A DNA stretch of 64,000 nucleotides from Tubiluchus corallicola (lineage: Eukaryota; Animalia; Priapulida). Position 1 is the stretch's first letter. Every line of letters starts with the position of its first letter. Below the pieces are notes generated by a model. The model worked only from the letters and a program-made list of their open reading frames with translations. It was not told the DNA's origin and did no database searches. Shown piece after piece: positions 1 to 29,884 of the stretch. Where the stretch lies: positions 62,001 through 126,000 of the forward strand of contig JAQGDQ010000225.1 of assembly GCA_030141605.1 (NCBI GenBank), in the 5' to 3' direction. A program made the position numbers and the translations under genes.

Positions 1-93
1 CTTGGAGATTTATATAAGCAAAGTCTTAGTAAGTTAATTACTAGACATAAATCTGACACAGTGGCTAGATATAGTAGGATATATATTTGGTTG

Positions 94-300
94 TCCTCCT
101 CCATTGCTTAATTACAAACCATGTAACTTTTAAAATATTTAAAGTTTTTGTAAGAAATAAAATAATTATTTTTCTCAGTACAATCGTGTAATTAAAACTA
201 AAAGCAACTATAACACATTTAGTATGTATAAAGCACTGCTAAGTTGCTGAGCGCATATATTTAAAAGTTACATGGTTGGTAATTAAGCAGTGGATGAGGA
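94..300. mobile_element. Short foldback/MITE-like element with ~45-bp terminal inverted repeats
   Basis: Left end tcctcctccattgcttaattacaaaccatgtaacttttaaaatat is a near-perfect reverse complement of right end atatttaaaagttacatggttggtaattaagcagtggatgagga. Confidence 0.7.
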
Positions 301-1439
301 TGATTTGCAGCACTACATAGAAATAATGCCACGATGTTCTTGTGTGGTCGAATCACGTAACAGCGCACTGTCCGATGGCGCTTGCACCCAAATGTGTTAT
401 GCCCAAGCAGCTGTGCCCAATTTTCACGGAACTTCGTAGGTGCACTTCAAGGGATAGAACAGGGCTAAAAGATGGAATAGGCCTCAAACTAAGACTACGA
501 TATGGACAGGTTCCTATAAAATTTTATTTAAAAACATCATACATTCATAGAACAAAATACCACGGTTAGAGTGTGCCACTTGACAGTACACACAGAAGCT
601 ACAAAATGGCAACACTGAAATGCTGTATATGTTACATTATATTACTACATATTATATTTATACATATTATGGTTCAATAATTGATTTGGTTGATTTCGAA
701 TGGGTAATTATTATAAACAACTATACAGCACACTACATGTCCGCAACACTAAAAAAATACAGTATTGTGATATAGTATTAGTTGAGTTGCTGCAGTAACT
801 CTGATTTTTGTTGTGGCTAGATCTTTAGCCAAGTACAGTTTTCTGTTACTTACTCTTTTGTGGTGCGTTAGATATTATTGAACTAAACTGCTGTTATAAT
901 TTTGATGAAATGCTAATCTAAACTTACAGTGAGTCTTCATCTTCTGCTTCGTTCATTTTGTAAACAAAACATTAATACCAAAAGTGAAAACCAAAAAGTG
1001 CAAATAAATTGAAAATAAAAAATTTGGGCACAACATTAAATTTTATTGGTAGCCAAATGTCTCGTGCCCATGTATCTCGTCCTCAAATGTCACATACCCC
1101 ATGCAAATATTCTTGTATGTAATGTTCAGGCAAAATTTTGCAAGTCCTAGATAAAATCTAGACCAGCTTATTACACCCACAAGTAAATACTCAATTTAAG
1201 TAGATAATCTTTATTCATTGATTACTACTATGCTAGTTCGACATGTGGGGCATCTTGTGCTCTTATAAATTGTGGAATATAGACATGTAACTTTTGCAAA
1301 ACAACTATTTTGATGATTCTTCCCTGTTTCTCCTTGTGGTCCCAATTAAAAAAGAAACTATCAATAAGTGCATGTTACCTCAAGACTTCTCACTCCATTG
1401 AGAACTTTGAAAGTGCTAAGGCAGTAGCCATGGAAATTA

Positions 1440-1611
1440 CAGCCAAACCTCTTTATACTGCCTACTTCGGCCCACAAAAAGTTGGCATCATAGGGAGTTT
1501 GGCATTATAACGAGGTGCTTTTACATATACATGTCTGTGCAAATATAGACATTTTGTTTTGCCAAAAATAAGGACATTAAGCGAGGTAGGCATTATAACG
1601 AGGTTTGACTG
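1440..1611. mobile_element. TcMar (pogo/Tigger-like) MITE, copy 1
   Basis: TIRs cagccaaacctc...gaggtttgactg flanked by TA on both sides; internal ggcattataacgagg repeats; related copies at 27909 and 52577. Confidence 0.75.
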
Positions 1612-2362
1612 TATATATCATGTATACTGACATGCCTGCAGACAATGTTGCATACTTGCAGTTATCTTGAAGATCACTCGTGAAAAAGACATAAAAATCT
1701 TATTTTATCAAAACAGAAATATCATAGCTTGAATCTCTGAAATTGAAAAACAACTAAAATGTACAAAAGTCATTAGTGGAAATTATTGAAAGTCATCAGC
1801 ATTTCTCATCCTAATCTCTAGCTGATTTTTTGGAGCCACCTTTTCATAAGTTGAGAGTTTTGTCGTAGCATAAATTAATCATGAACGCACAATTGAAGCC
1901 ATACTGCTCTTATACTCCTTCATTCTTATGAAAGAACGTATGAAGTACTTTCATTACTGTTAACTTAACTGATCTGAACCACAGAAGGTGGCAGCACTAT
2001 AAACAAATTTTTTAACTGTTTATTTGATTCCTAGATGGTACCAATAGCAACAAGAAACACCAAAACTGCGCAGATTTAGGCAAAATAAACTATTTTATTG
2101 AAAAACAGTAAAGGAGTTTCCTAGCAATAGACTCATCAGGCTACAGGTGATAATGTTACACCTGGCTTACAACAGGCAAGCCCAGATTGGGTGGAGGCTA
2201 ACAGTTAAGTAGTAATGCCTACGTCAGAAGTAGGATGTAGCCAATATGACAAAGGGGAGTGTTGGTACAACTGAAGCCATAGTGCTTTTACATGAATAAC
2301 TAATTAGAAAGCAAAAACTGATTTAAGAATGATAATTTTTGTAATAGGTTGGGTGAGTCATA

Positions 2363-5300
2363 ATGTCAGAAAGAAGTATAGCTGCACAGGTCCAACAGGT
2401 TTGGAGCAAATTAGATGATCTGTCTATAAACAATCCAGAGCAGTATAAAACCTTCATGGAGCACGTTATGCATGAATCATTTAAATGTTTTACATCACCA
2501 GAAAGCTTTTGTTGCCTGTCTACAGTAAAGGTAATTCCTGTCAATGTAAATGGGTAGAGCTGATTCAGTCTTTTTAACAAAAGTCTTAAACTACTATCTC
2601 ATATGACGAGATAAAAATCATGAATCGACTTACTTTGATATCGTTTAACCTATTACCTGTATCACACTTTGTCATTTTGTCAAGTGTTTAAATAAAGCAT
2701 GTGATAAACACAATTAAAACATGTACCTACAGAATAGATTAGTAGAGCAAGAGTTAACATTGTTGGTGTACAAAGCATTACTTAAATTTCTTCATTCACT
2801 TTCGGTTCCCAAAGTTTCAAGGTAATGCTACACTATTTAGGGGCCTCTATTAAGTAGAGGTGAGCATCGAATATTCTAATCGAATTCAAACGTTACGAGT
2901 TTTTTAATTCAAATTCGATTCGAATTTAAAATTCTGCATTTGACCATGCAATTAGCACAATTTGGCTGGAATTTCGGCTCACAATTTTTAAACAAGTTAT
3001 TAGTGCTTTTACTGCAGAACAATATGCATGATCTTTGCAAGACTGCTTCTTATTTATGATTTTAATTCAAATTTGATTTGAACCTAAAATTATACATTTG
3101 ATCATGCAATTAGCACAATTTAGCTGGGATTTCTGCCCACAATTTTTAAACAAGTTATTAGCATTTTTACTGCAGAACAAAATCGAGTAATACACATGAT
3201 CTTTGCCAGACTGCATTTTATTTATGATTCGATATCTTGAGATTCGGTTTGATTCAAGTTTGAAAGTCAAAAATTATATTTGAATTCAAATTCGATTTCT
3301 GATAGGAAATGTTCTGTTGCTCACCCCTACTATTTAGTGAAAGACTGCTTCATTATTCAAATGTAATGACAAACCTTGAATATTGTTTACAAAAAATTAT
3401 TTGGGGCCTAAAACCAGAAAATATTCTGTCTATAAAGAAAATGTCTGTATAACGTCTGTAACTACTAAACGGTAATAAAAAGGCTTTTGTACTTGAAAAA
3501 CGGTAATAAAAGGTTTTTGTACTTCTACTTTGTATTTTATGGGACCTCTAAGTGTTTTAAGGTAAGTCACGTTTGTGTTATTTGCATCAATCTGTGTGTC
3601 TACTGACCCAGCTCTCCAGCATGTATCTCTAAATCCATTAGTACTCTGTTCAATTTTTGCAGCTACAAAGTAAACAAAGAATTTATGTGAATATCTGTAG
3701 TTGGGATAAAGTTGCAGCACCATTACAAGAAACTGATCCAGTTCCTATTTGTGGTGGAACTTGGGATACGGGGTTCAATGAAACTGGTAAGTGAAAATAG
3801 GTTAAAGTAACAGAGTTTGTGTACTTGCACCATATAGAGTTCAATTTCTTTATTTTTGTGCTGATCCAATATACGAACCTGTTTTTTGATACTGACAATA
3901 GGAGTTGTTATTACTGTAAGATCAGACTCATAGATTTAAATGTCACGCGTACACTTACTAGAACTATTAAAAGTGAGGCTACAATGGGTCCTATAATACA
4001 AATTCTGTGGTCTGTTGTATGGCGAACACTGAGTGCTATGTTGTACAATAGAAAAACTGCATTCGATTTTATGGCAAAAACAGCCCTTGAGCTACGCTTT
4101 TGCAGTATTTGTTCGACATGCAGGGTGGCTTCCTCTCTCTGCACATACGTGGCACATCTGTGGGCTCCAAACAATTTTTTGACAGTCCAGCAATAAAACT
4201 CAATTCCATATTTAGCAATAGCGAACTTATGTGGATGATATTGGTGCACGCACATCAACTAAAAATAACTTCCCAGGCAGCACAGAAAATATTGCCACAG
4301 TGCTGTGACAATATTTTTGCAGTTATTGGAACAATATGGATATGTGGACTTTCCACAACATTGTACCATTATTTTTTCACAATATTTTTTCCATATTGGT
4401 ACAATGTTAATACAATATTACATTATAAAAAATTATTTGTATGTTTTTAAGGAAAGACCTGATCTTTTTATGATACAAAAAAGAGATGTAATATGTGTAT
4501 TCCAGGTGTCTTCAATATATAATGTGGCTTCTACAGCATTGGTAATACCAGTGAGATGGAAAGTTGATAGTTTCAAGCTTAGTTATTGTTAGGCTCGCAC
4601 TTAGACAGTTTTTAGAATATCTGTACGATTCAGAGTGTGAACATTTTCATCATGAGCGTGGTGGGCATAAGTCATGGGGGCCGCATAGATTCTAACAGTT
4701 CTTCATATGTCTTCTATAGAATTTGGCTAAAGCAGTTCTTATTAAAGTTAAATGTTTAATCTTTTCTGATACCAATTGTTGCTTATTTGTGGTCCTGAGA
4801 TCCAAAAAAGGTGCCAGTAACATAAGCCTGCAGTACAAATGTTTTTGTTTCTTTTTTGACAAATTGTTAGATGCTAACATTTTATAAACCGTTATACCAG
4901 GTGTAACATGTCATTTGTGGATAGGAATAAATGAACTTAAGCTAATTAAGTATTCATATAGTGCAATTAATGCCTTGTGAATGGCACTATTCCCAAAGCC
5001 TAGGAAGAACATTGTGCCGTTTACCACTCAAGTGCAACTATGCGTAGAACCTGTTGGTTATAGCTGTCAGAGTTTACGTGAAAAAATTGCAATGGATGAA
5101 CTTGAGTTTGTATTTGGCTTGTAAGCCAGCTGATTTGGGTTTAAGAGTTATATTATCACTATCAACTCAGGTCTGAAGAATGGCTTCACGACACCAGTTA
5201 CCTGTTTTTGATGAAGGTTTAGTGCTTCCGTCGTCCATGTAATCACCATCTCATTTTCATTAAAACTACTGGAAGAACAATACTGAATGATTACACCATA

Positions 5301-7603
5301 TTGTAAGAAAAAGCTATAATAGGAATACGTGTGATGTTATGCAAAATGTGTAAGCACTATTAGCATTATTCTTGCCACGACAACAAATGATAAGATTTTA
5401 AATTTAATAGAGCATTGTGGAAATATAAATGTAGCAAAACCAGTCACCAGTCACTGTTTCTGGAAACTTTTCTTGCATGCAAATAATTTAAATTTTTGGA
5501 TTTTTCTTTTAAAAATGCATGTTTTAGCATCACCTAAACATTTGTCTGGGAAAAACAAAAAGGATACTGTATCTTAAAGTTGATTGCTCAACATTTGTAC
5601 CATGTCTGATTGATGCCTGTGAATATTGTGGGCTTAGATTTGTTATTAGACTGTTTTCATATTTTATCTTACAGGTTCATATGATGTAACTGCTGTTGCT
5701 GTGAATCCTCAAGTTATTCAAAAAAGTAAGCAAGAGAAAGAGGAGCTAAGTCAACTTGTCCTTTTGGTTATCTCTTTCATTGAGCAGCAGTTTCAACTGA
5801 AATTGTCCTGTGACTTTTCCCTGACAAAAAAGCATTTTCAACCAGGTACAAAGCTACTATCGTGCGATGCTTTCTTCTCTGTCAGCATCGCTACCTCAGG
5901 TGAACATAAACTGAAAACACCTGACCCGACAACTCTTGTGTCTTCTTTAAAAACGTCAGGCACAGTGGAAGAGAATGTGCTGTGTGACAAAACCTGCAGA
6001 GTTGGCAACTCTGATAAACAGTCCCTCTGTGATAAAAACAAGTTAGTTCATACAACAGTGCTATCAAACATCTTTCAAGAAGAGTTAAAAACAAGTCAGA
6101 AGAGTAATAAAACTAGTGACAATACTAAGAAAGTGTTTGCACCTGATGCAAACATCAAGATACGTATGCCAAAAGTTGAGAAATTAGAATTGAATGAATT
6201 AGAAACGAGAATTAAAAGGACCCCGAAACCTGATGCGTTGCCAGCACCAAAGCATGACATAGAAGTGGCCTCTGCAAAAAGTTTGCATGTCCGGATCTTT
6301 CTAGAACAAAATATGATAGATGATTGTAATTTGGACATTTCTTGGGTAGGTATAGTTTATTACACGTTTTTCATGTCTGTGTGGCAATCCACAAAATTTT
6401 AAAATATTACATAGTTACTTTCGCAAGTTTGTCATTTTTAAAATCAGAAAGATCGAGAACTATCTGTAAGACTGGCATCAGTGGCAAATTATAGCAGTAG
6501 CACCGTCGATGTATTTAAAAACTACATAGTTCAACGCTTCAAGCACTATTCTCACCTCCAATCTAAAATATTCGAAAGTAAATAAATGTTAAATTATAGC
6601 AAATAATTATGCATTTTACGATTTCTTAGAGCTTATCTTGATTATAGTGGTGGAATGAAGAGTCCTGCATTTTCAAAAATTTGTTACAGAATTATTAATT
6701 AATTGGTTAATTTTGCCAAGGGTTTGTAAGGGGACTTACAGTGCTAATGTTTTATGTGCTGGAGCTGACAAAATACTTGCCATTTACCATCTACATTACC
6801 CCAATTTGTGTGAATAATGCTTTTAAAAATGAGCAAATTCCCAGCTTGTTTTTTTATAAACGTATTTTCTTATTTTTTGCAAGCCTTTGATTACAGTAAA
6901 AACTGATTAAAAAACCTCAAGCAATATTCCATAACAGGACTGCAGAAAATTGTAAAGTGAGTAATGTGGATGCATGTAATCTAACACATGGCAAGTAAAG
7001 AAAGTAATATTTTTAAACAGCAGAAACAAATAATTAGATTAATTGCTGTTGAGTATTTAGCATGATGAAATACTTCTGTGTTTTCATCATACTGTAGTTT
7101 AATAATGGACTACAATGGAGCAGAATGTTAAAGAATCGGTGATAAGAGAAAAAAGATTAATTAGAAATTGAGTTGCCCTATAAAATTTTCTGAAATGGTG
7201 AATTAGTTGCTCCTTGCTTGTTTATCTTGGCGTCTTTACAATGAGCTCAGACAGCACTGCACCCTAATTGTACCATCCTTAGTGCTCCGTAAACAATAGG
7301 AGTTACATGTATTTTACACGTCAAAATGATTTTACGTTTTGCACATTTTAAATTACTGTTGATTATTGTGTGCAGTGTGTTAAAACATTCTATTTTTTAG
7401 TAAATTGCAAATTAACTTTGATATGAGAACTGAATGAATAAGGGAAAACATTTGTGATCAACTTACAGGATGAAATGCTGTTCATGGTTCCAGGCAAATG
7501 TAGACTTCATCTAGATCACCCATTTCCTATTGACCAAGAAACGGCAACTGCAACGTTTGATGTGAAATCAGGCATTTTAAATATACACATGGAACGAAAA
7601 TAG
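2363..7603 (+). CDS. PIH1D2: PIH1 domain-containing protein 2 (dynein axonemal assembly co-chaperone), 4 coding exons, ~365 aa
   Basis: Exons 2363-2530, 3663-3786, 5675-6345, 7469-7603; all GT-AG and phase-consistent (1098 nt). Peptides QVQQVWSKLDDLSINNPEQYKTFM, IYVNICSWDKVAAP, VAVNPQV and RLHLDHPFPIDQETATATF match recalled PIH1D2 N-terminal, PIH1 and CS regions. Confidence 0.88.
2855..3329. mobile_element. hAT-type MITE in PIH1D2 intron 1, with an internal tandem duplication
   Basis: TIR tagaggtgagca...tgctcaccccta; 8-bp TSD ctattaag/ctatttag; internal duplicated block at ~2937-3066 and ~3096-3230; ATTCGA subterminal motifs. Confidence 0.8.
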
Positions 7604-10309
7604 TGCAATCCTTGTGCAGAAACTGCCTTTAAAGTGTAGGTATTTAGCATTATACACAATAATCAGATATAAGATGGAAAAAATCACTTATCTTAAATAC
7701 ATGAGACTATAAATAATTAATTTATTTCTAGAAAATCATGGCAGATTGCGTGAAGTGCGAATGAAAGTGTACAATGTGCAAACACATTGGAGCTGACCAG
7801 GTCATTCTGAAGTGACATTTTGCAGTACATCATCATCATCGTGAGCCCCAGGAAGAACAAAAGTGAAGAAGTAAATCAGCAGGAAAGCACGAGACAGAAC
7901 TTCATGCACATTTTCACAATAGTTCGAAGATGCGATGAAAGGATAAAAGAAGAAAGAAAGACTGCAAATGACGAAGAAAGAAACACAGAGGGTGGAACAG
8001 GCAAAAGAACAAAAAACAGGAAGCGAATGAAGGAAGATGAAAGGGGGAAGTTTAAAGAAAGTTTAGTAGAAGACGGACAGAAATAGCAAGGAAGCGTGAC
8101 ACGAAATGAAAGAAAAAAATTAATGCCTTGTAACAGTAGCCATAAAATGTAAACTAATGTTTAATACAATAAAGGCTAAAGTCTAAAGGCGCAATTTTTT
8201 TCTAGATCAATGCCACTTTTTGTGAACTTGGAATTACTTTTTCCTTACCGAAATGCCAGGCTGATTGTTTATGCTGGTAAATAGAACCATTGAGGATCTC
8301 AAATGCAGTACATCCATTCCATTCTATTCCACTGTAATCATTCAGCAACCTTGACAAAATATACCCAAAAAAATTTTCTAATAGACATGATAGCATATAG
8401 TGGAACTGTCAAAAAAGTTCATTTTGCGATAGCGGCAGCAAACTGGTGTAATTCACGACCTCAGGGAAGCGCTTTTGCAATTTGTGTGTTACTAAAGTTC
8501 ATTGTTAACATGTTTCATTGAATACCAACTTAAATAAAGTTTTGTGAGCAAACTACAGCAACAGTGGAAGCATTAAATTTTATCGTAGGCAGCCATATTA
8601 GGAGTCAAGATGGTTAGCCATGTTTGTTGATAAATGTGGTACATCCTTAGTTTGCATGAAACAATTTGCTTGGACATAATGACTTTTAAGAATTTTGGAG
8701 AATTTACTGGCACCTTTGTTGAAAAGTGTTTATGGCTAGGTTGACGTTGTAAGTCATTCAGCACTTCTATAGATGTACATATTTTCGCTGCTACCATAAT
8801 GAAAGAAGTGCATGACAGTTGAACTTTTATTATCTTAGGAATTTTATGAACAGTACGTGTGCAAAATCTTGTGTTAGGTGCTAATTTGTTAAAACAATGT
8901 ATGAAGAAAATACACTAGATATTTGGCAACTGCAGTATTTTAGAAAGAAATAATATGATGTACATGTAGAATTAATCAGTATGTTTTGCTGTGTAAAGTG
9001 CCTTCATTTTACAGACTGCTGTAATTCCTTACAATGGTAGTTTGATGAATATATTCTAGAGTGGCTGGCATTTTGGAAAATACTCAGATTGGCAGCCATC
9101 TTGAAATTGATATATAAGATCTGATTTTCAGTTATTTGTAAAAATTGTCACAAAACCCGTACGACACAGTTTCTTGAGTAATGTAGTGGCAGCATAATGT
9201 AGTGAAGCACCGAAAAATTTGGCAGCCATTTTGAAAACTGTCAAAATGTTGGTCATAATGAATATATTCTTGTTCTTCAGATTCTTTGGGTTTGTGAAAT
9301 TTCATACCAATTGATGCTTTTTTGCAAAATTAGAACAAATGTAATTGTTTCTTTCAGGATCCTGTGGTTCAGTCCCGCCATAATATATGTCTCTTGCATT
9401 AGTAGATGCCATTATCTATGTTAGATGCTTCATCTAATGTCTTCTGTGTTAATTTAAATGTCAGCTAGTGCATTAAATTGTCATGGTCGTGGTTTTGTTA
9501 GAAATAATGATTTTTTACCTCACGGTTTTGGTATGATGATTATTCTATTCTTTTATTATTTTGTCATTCAGTATAACTATAATATAATTTTATAACTTAT
9601 AAAGCACTTTCAATGCGATTTTTCAAAAACAGTTTGCGATTAAAACATTCAGGTAAAAGCATTACAAACTATAATACATTTATCTATGAAATTAATAATT
9701 AAAAAAATCTATGAAACATTTATCACTTCTACCTTAAATTTTAAACACTGCTTAAAAGAGTATACTTCAATTTTCTTTTTAAAGAGCTGAAAACTCAGCT
9801 AACTACCTCCAATTGTATAGTGAAACAGACTCGGCAAAGTAACCATAGTGATTAACGTCATTATAAAATTTAAACTTATATGTCAAAGAATTGGCTATAT
9901 TTGCTGATGTTTGCTTGCTCCACAAAGTATTAGTCACGAACAACCAACTCACGTTGACAAAATGTGCGGTGTGGCATGCATGTTGTGAATGGACTCAATG
10001 GAGTGGAGTGGTGTGGATGGTACGATGTGGTGGGTGCGAGCGTTATGGTGTGATGTGGTGTGGCTGGGATGGTGAGTATGGTGTGGGTTTATGGCCTTAT
10101 GCGCAACATTTTTTGTTGGGTTTGGCTGGTCTAATATTAATTGCTGTAGTTATCTATTTTTATTATAATTTTTTATTTTGAACGTAAACTACACGAAGAC
10201 AACCCTCACATTTGCGGACTGTACGTTACCTGTCAGGCTGTCATGTCAAAATAAAAGTAGAATATCTATGACCATTGCTAACCTCACACCTGCAGTGTGA
10301 ATCTTGCGG

Positions 10310-10330
10310 ATCACGTGACGAATGACATCA
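10310..10330 (+). promoter_or_regulatory. E-box/CLEAR-like motif (aTCACGTGAc) plus CRE-like TGACATCA immediately upstream of the TBC1D23 start
   Basis: Sequence atcacgtgacgaatgacatca ends 6 nt before ATG 10337; motif match only. Confidence 0.35.
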
Positions 10331-10336
10331 GACAGT

Positions 10337-26884
<16,548 letters not shown>

Positions 26885-27908
26885 CCAGATTTGCCATTTG
26901 TTTCACTGTTGTCATCAGAATCTTCGGTTTCCATTGTCTGCAGATTTTATACATGTTTGTACGTACTGTAATTACTATACATCTGTGATACTTGACATGC
27001 AGTAAATTTCCTTTGACATGCAGTAATTTTATCCATCTGAGTCCTTTCCTTTCAGTTCAGTATCTTCAGAAAAAGTGAGAATCGGAAGTAAAAGTTTTTG
27101 TTACACTATATTTTCCAGCACTTCAACATAAAAAGTTTTGATGTTTCGTATAGATACAGGGTGGTATGTTATGGTTATTCAGCATATGTTTGTTTTTGTT
27201 TTCTGTGCGTGTTGTAGTAATGTTTGTAAATAGCTCTACCCGAGTTTTAATTTTGATCGAACAAAGTAACTCGAAGATTAACTTACGTTCTGTTTTTTGT
27301 AAATAATTTTAAGAATTGTTGAAGTTTGCTCTAATTTATGATCTACAAATGAAAAATTTATTTATTAAAATGCTAAAAAAGAGAGTTGATATGGTACAGA
27401 TACATTTGGCTGCCACACGAAGTTTTGTCATTATAAATACTAAACGCCATTGGGCATTAATGGGTTGTGCTCTTCCTAATCTTATAGGAAGATTTTTAAT
27501 GTGAATATTCGATTTTGTATAAATTCTGTTAATTTCATCCATTAACTTTAAAATTTATATTAAGCAGTATATATTTAATATGACTTTATGCAATCAATCA
27601 ATACTGTGTTAATTTTGATCGCTTATCAGTATTTGTTGTGTTTGTGTTATTTATAAATTGAATGTTATTGCAACAGCCTGAGAGATGAGGTTGTTAACAG
27701 CTGATATAGCAGCCTAGTGTTCCCTTCTATTTTTCAAAGATTCACAGAAGCAATTTTGTTGAGATTTGCCGTCAAACATTTTTTTAAGATTTTTGCTGAC
27801 TGATAAACAGTTGAAAGCAGTCTGCTGTTATTAGATTTAATTTCTTATAATTTTCCCGTGTTTACTGTAACAGCAAGAATTGTTGCAAACCATTGCAGAT
27901 TTGAAGTA

Positions 27909-28099
27909 CTGTCAAACCTTTTTATACTACCTACTTTAGGACTGCAAAAAAAGTTGGCATTTAGCGAGTTTAGCACTATAACGAGGTGCATTAATATATA
28001 CATATCTATGCAAATACAGAAATATACAAAAATTGTAATAGGCAAATATTGTAAAAATTGAGCATTAAGCCACGTTGGCATTATAACGAAGTTTGACTG
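27909..28099. mobile_element. TcMar (pogo/Tigger-like) MITE, copy 2
   Basis: ctgtcaaacct...gaagtttgactg; internal sequence collinear with 1440-1611. Confidence 0.75.
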
Positions 28100-29884
28100 G
28101 TAGGGTAGATCTTTCCCTGTGTAATTAGGTGAAGCTTATCCAGCGCTTCCACCAGTGAAAATTGCTAGTAACTTCCAATCTAGAGGTATGTATGAAATCT
28201 TCATGTGTGACTCTTTACAGTTTGTATTCTTTTCCAACTCCCTAGACTAGAGCAAGGCAAAAGAAAAAAATGTAAATGAGAATACTCTAAAATCTGGTTT
28301 TATACATCACAGTTTCCTGGATGTTTTTTTTTAAAGTAAAAAAATATTTTCCACGCTTATTCAGAAATTGAAATGAAAAAATAATTCCAGGCTTTATTTA
28401 CGCAAAGAATAGTTTAGAGTGTGTGAGACTAATAACATGATTTTATATGCTCAAAATTCTTTTTCCACCTGCAGGTTTATATATAAAATCCAAAACATTT
28501 TTATCTACCAACGTTACGAAATCTGAACAAACTCGTTTTACAAAAGAACCGAGATCATAACATACAATAGCAGATTGCTAATACAACCTTAAAACAGAGC
28601 TTTTTGATGTGTTATTTCAATGTAAAGAATTTGTGTTTCAGAGCATTTTTTCTGCATATATAATCGGTTTAGAAAATCAAATTGTAAAACTAGTGTAAAC
28701 GGCTATTAGTAGAATTGCAACATCATCCATGCATCGCTGTACAAAAATCTCACATACTTCTGTGACTGGATTATTATAATTTCATGTTCTGTATAAACTG
28801 CTGTTTATTGTACATGTACCAATAATATATTTTATTTGTTGAAATTTGATTTGTTTTTATAAGCGTTTGATAACTGATTCTTTTATGCAGCACAAAAGGG
28901 GAAGCTAATTCAGGAACTAAAAAGGCAAAGTAAAAATAAGAACTTTTCTTTTAGAAAATACATTTTTACGTGTATTAATTACAACATGTGAACAAGCAAT
29001 ATTCCCTATACTATAGTTAACATAATGATGAAAAGAGACTAGTCTACTGTTGTAAGCTTTGGTGAACCTCATTCACATTTTTTGGCAATGGCAACAACCA
29101 GCAATAGTAGCAGGATATACACGTACGCCAAAATTTGCCGTTTTCGTTGCATGCGGAAAATTAAAAGCTAGGTGACCGCATTAGATCACTTTTTTTGTCG
29201 GTGATGGAGATTCACATTTTTCATCACTCATGGATTTTGTGTGTAAAGGTCTACATATGGCAAGTTGGCGACTCAAAATAAATGCAACAGATGTCAACAC
29301 AGTGGTGATAAATTTGAAGTGCTAGCACCATTTGTCATCAAAACAAAAGGAATCAAAGAATACTACATGTGCCTTGATCGTATCTACAATTATAATAAAC
29401 AATATCACATACTGAAAACATTTTCGAGGTCTTGAAAAAAACAAAAAATACCTCTGACAGACTCGTGTTGCACTAAACATAAATACACTCAAACATAAAT
29501 ACACCTCATAACGTTACCAAAGTAAGCATTGCATGTCTTAATATTATCAGTTGCCCTATAGCAGTTACAAATAACAAACGTAAAAGTTTTTTCAGTTTAT
29601 AATTACTGAAAGTAAATTTTAGAACAGCAATAATCTAAATGTATGTATGTATATCCACAAAGATTTATCAAATAAAGTGCAACATTTCCATCTGTGATTA
29701 TCTAGTCCTTTCGTCATCTAAGTAGCCACTAGTCACTGAATAAATGTCACAATTCATTTAATTAAGAACCAAGGAATGAAATGGATGCAACACACTGTAC
29801 ATGTATACAGTTACAATACATTTCTTTTCATTACATTTTGCATTTTTCTAGTGATAAATTTTATCATCCGCTCACACATTCCGG

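Noticed and set aside
3819-4592. Cluster of overlapping 95-125 aa ORFs on both strands in PIH1D2 intron 2
   Set aside because: No recognisable motifs or consistent splice structure; probably a decayed repeat.
8220-8432. SECIS-like candidates (GTGA...TGAT at ~8222-8265; ATGA...CGAT at ~8387-8430)
   Set aside because: Helix II pairing is poor and the apical AA is absent or misplaced; not supportable without a covariance-model search.
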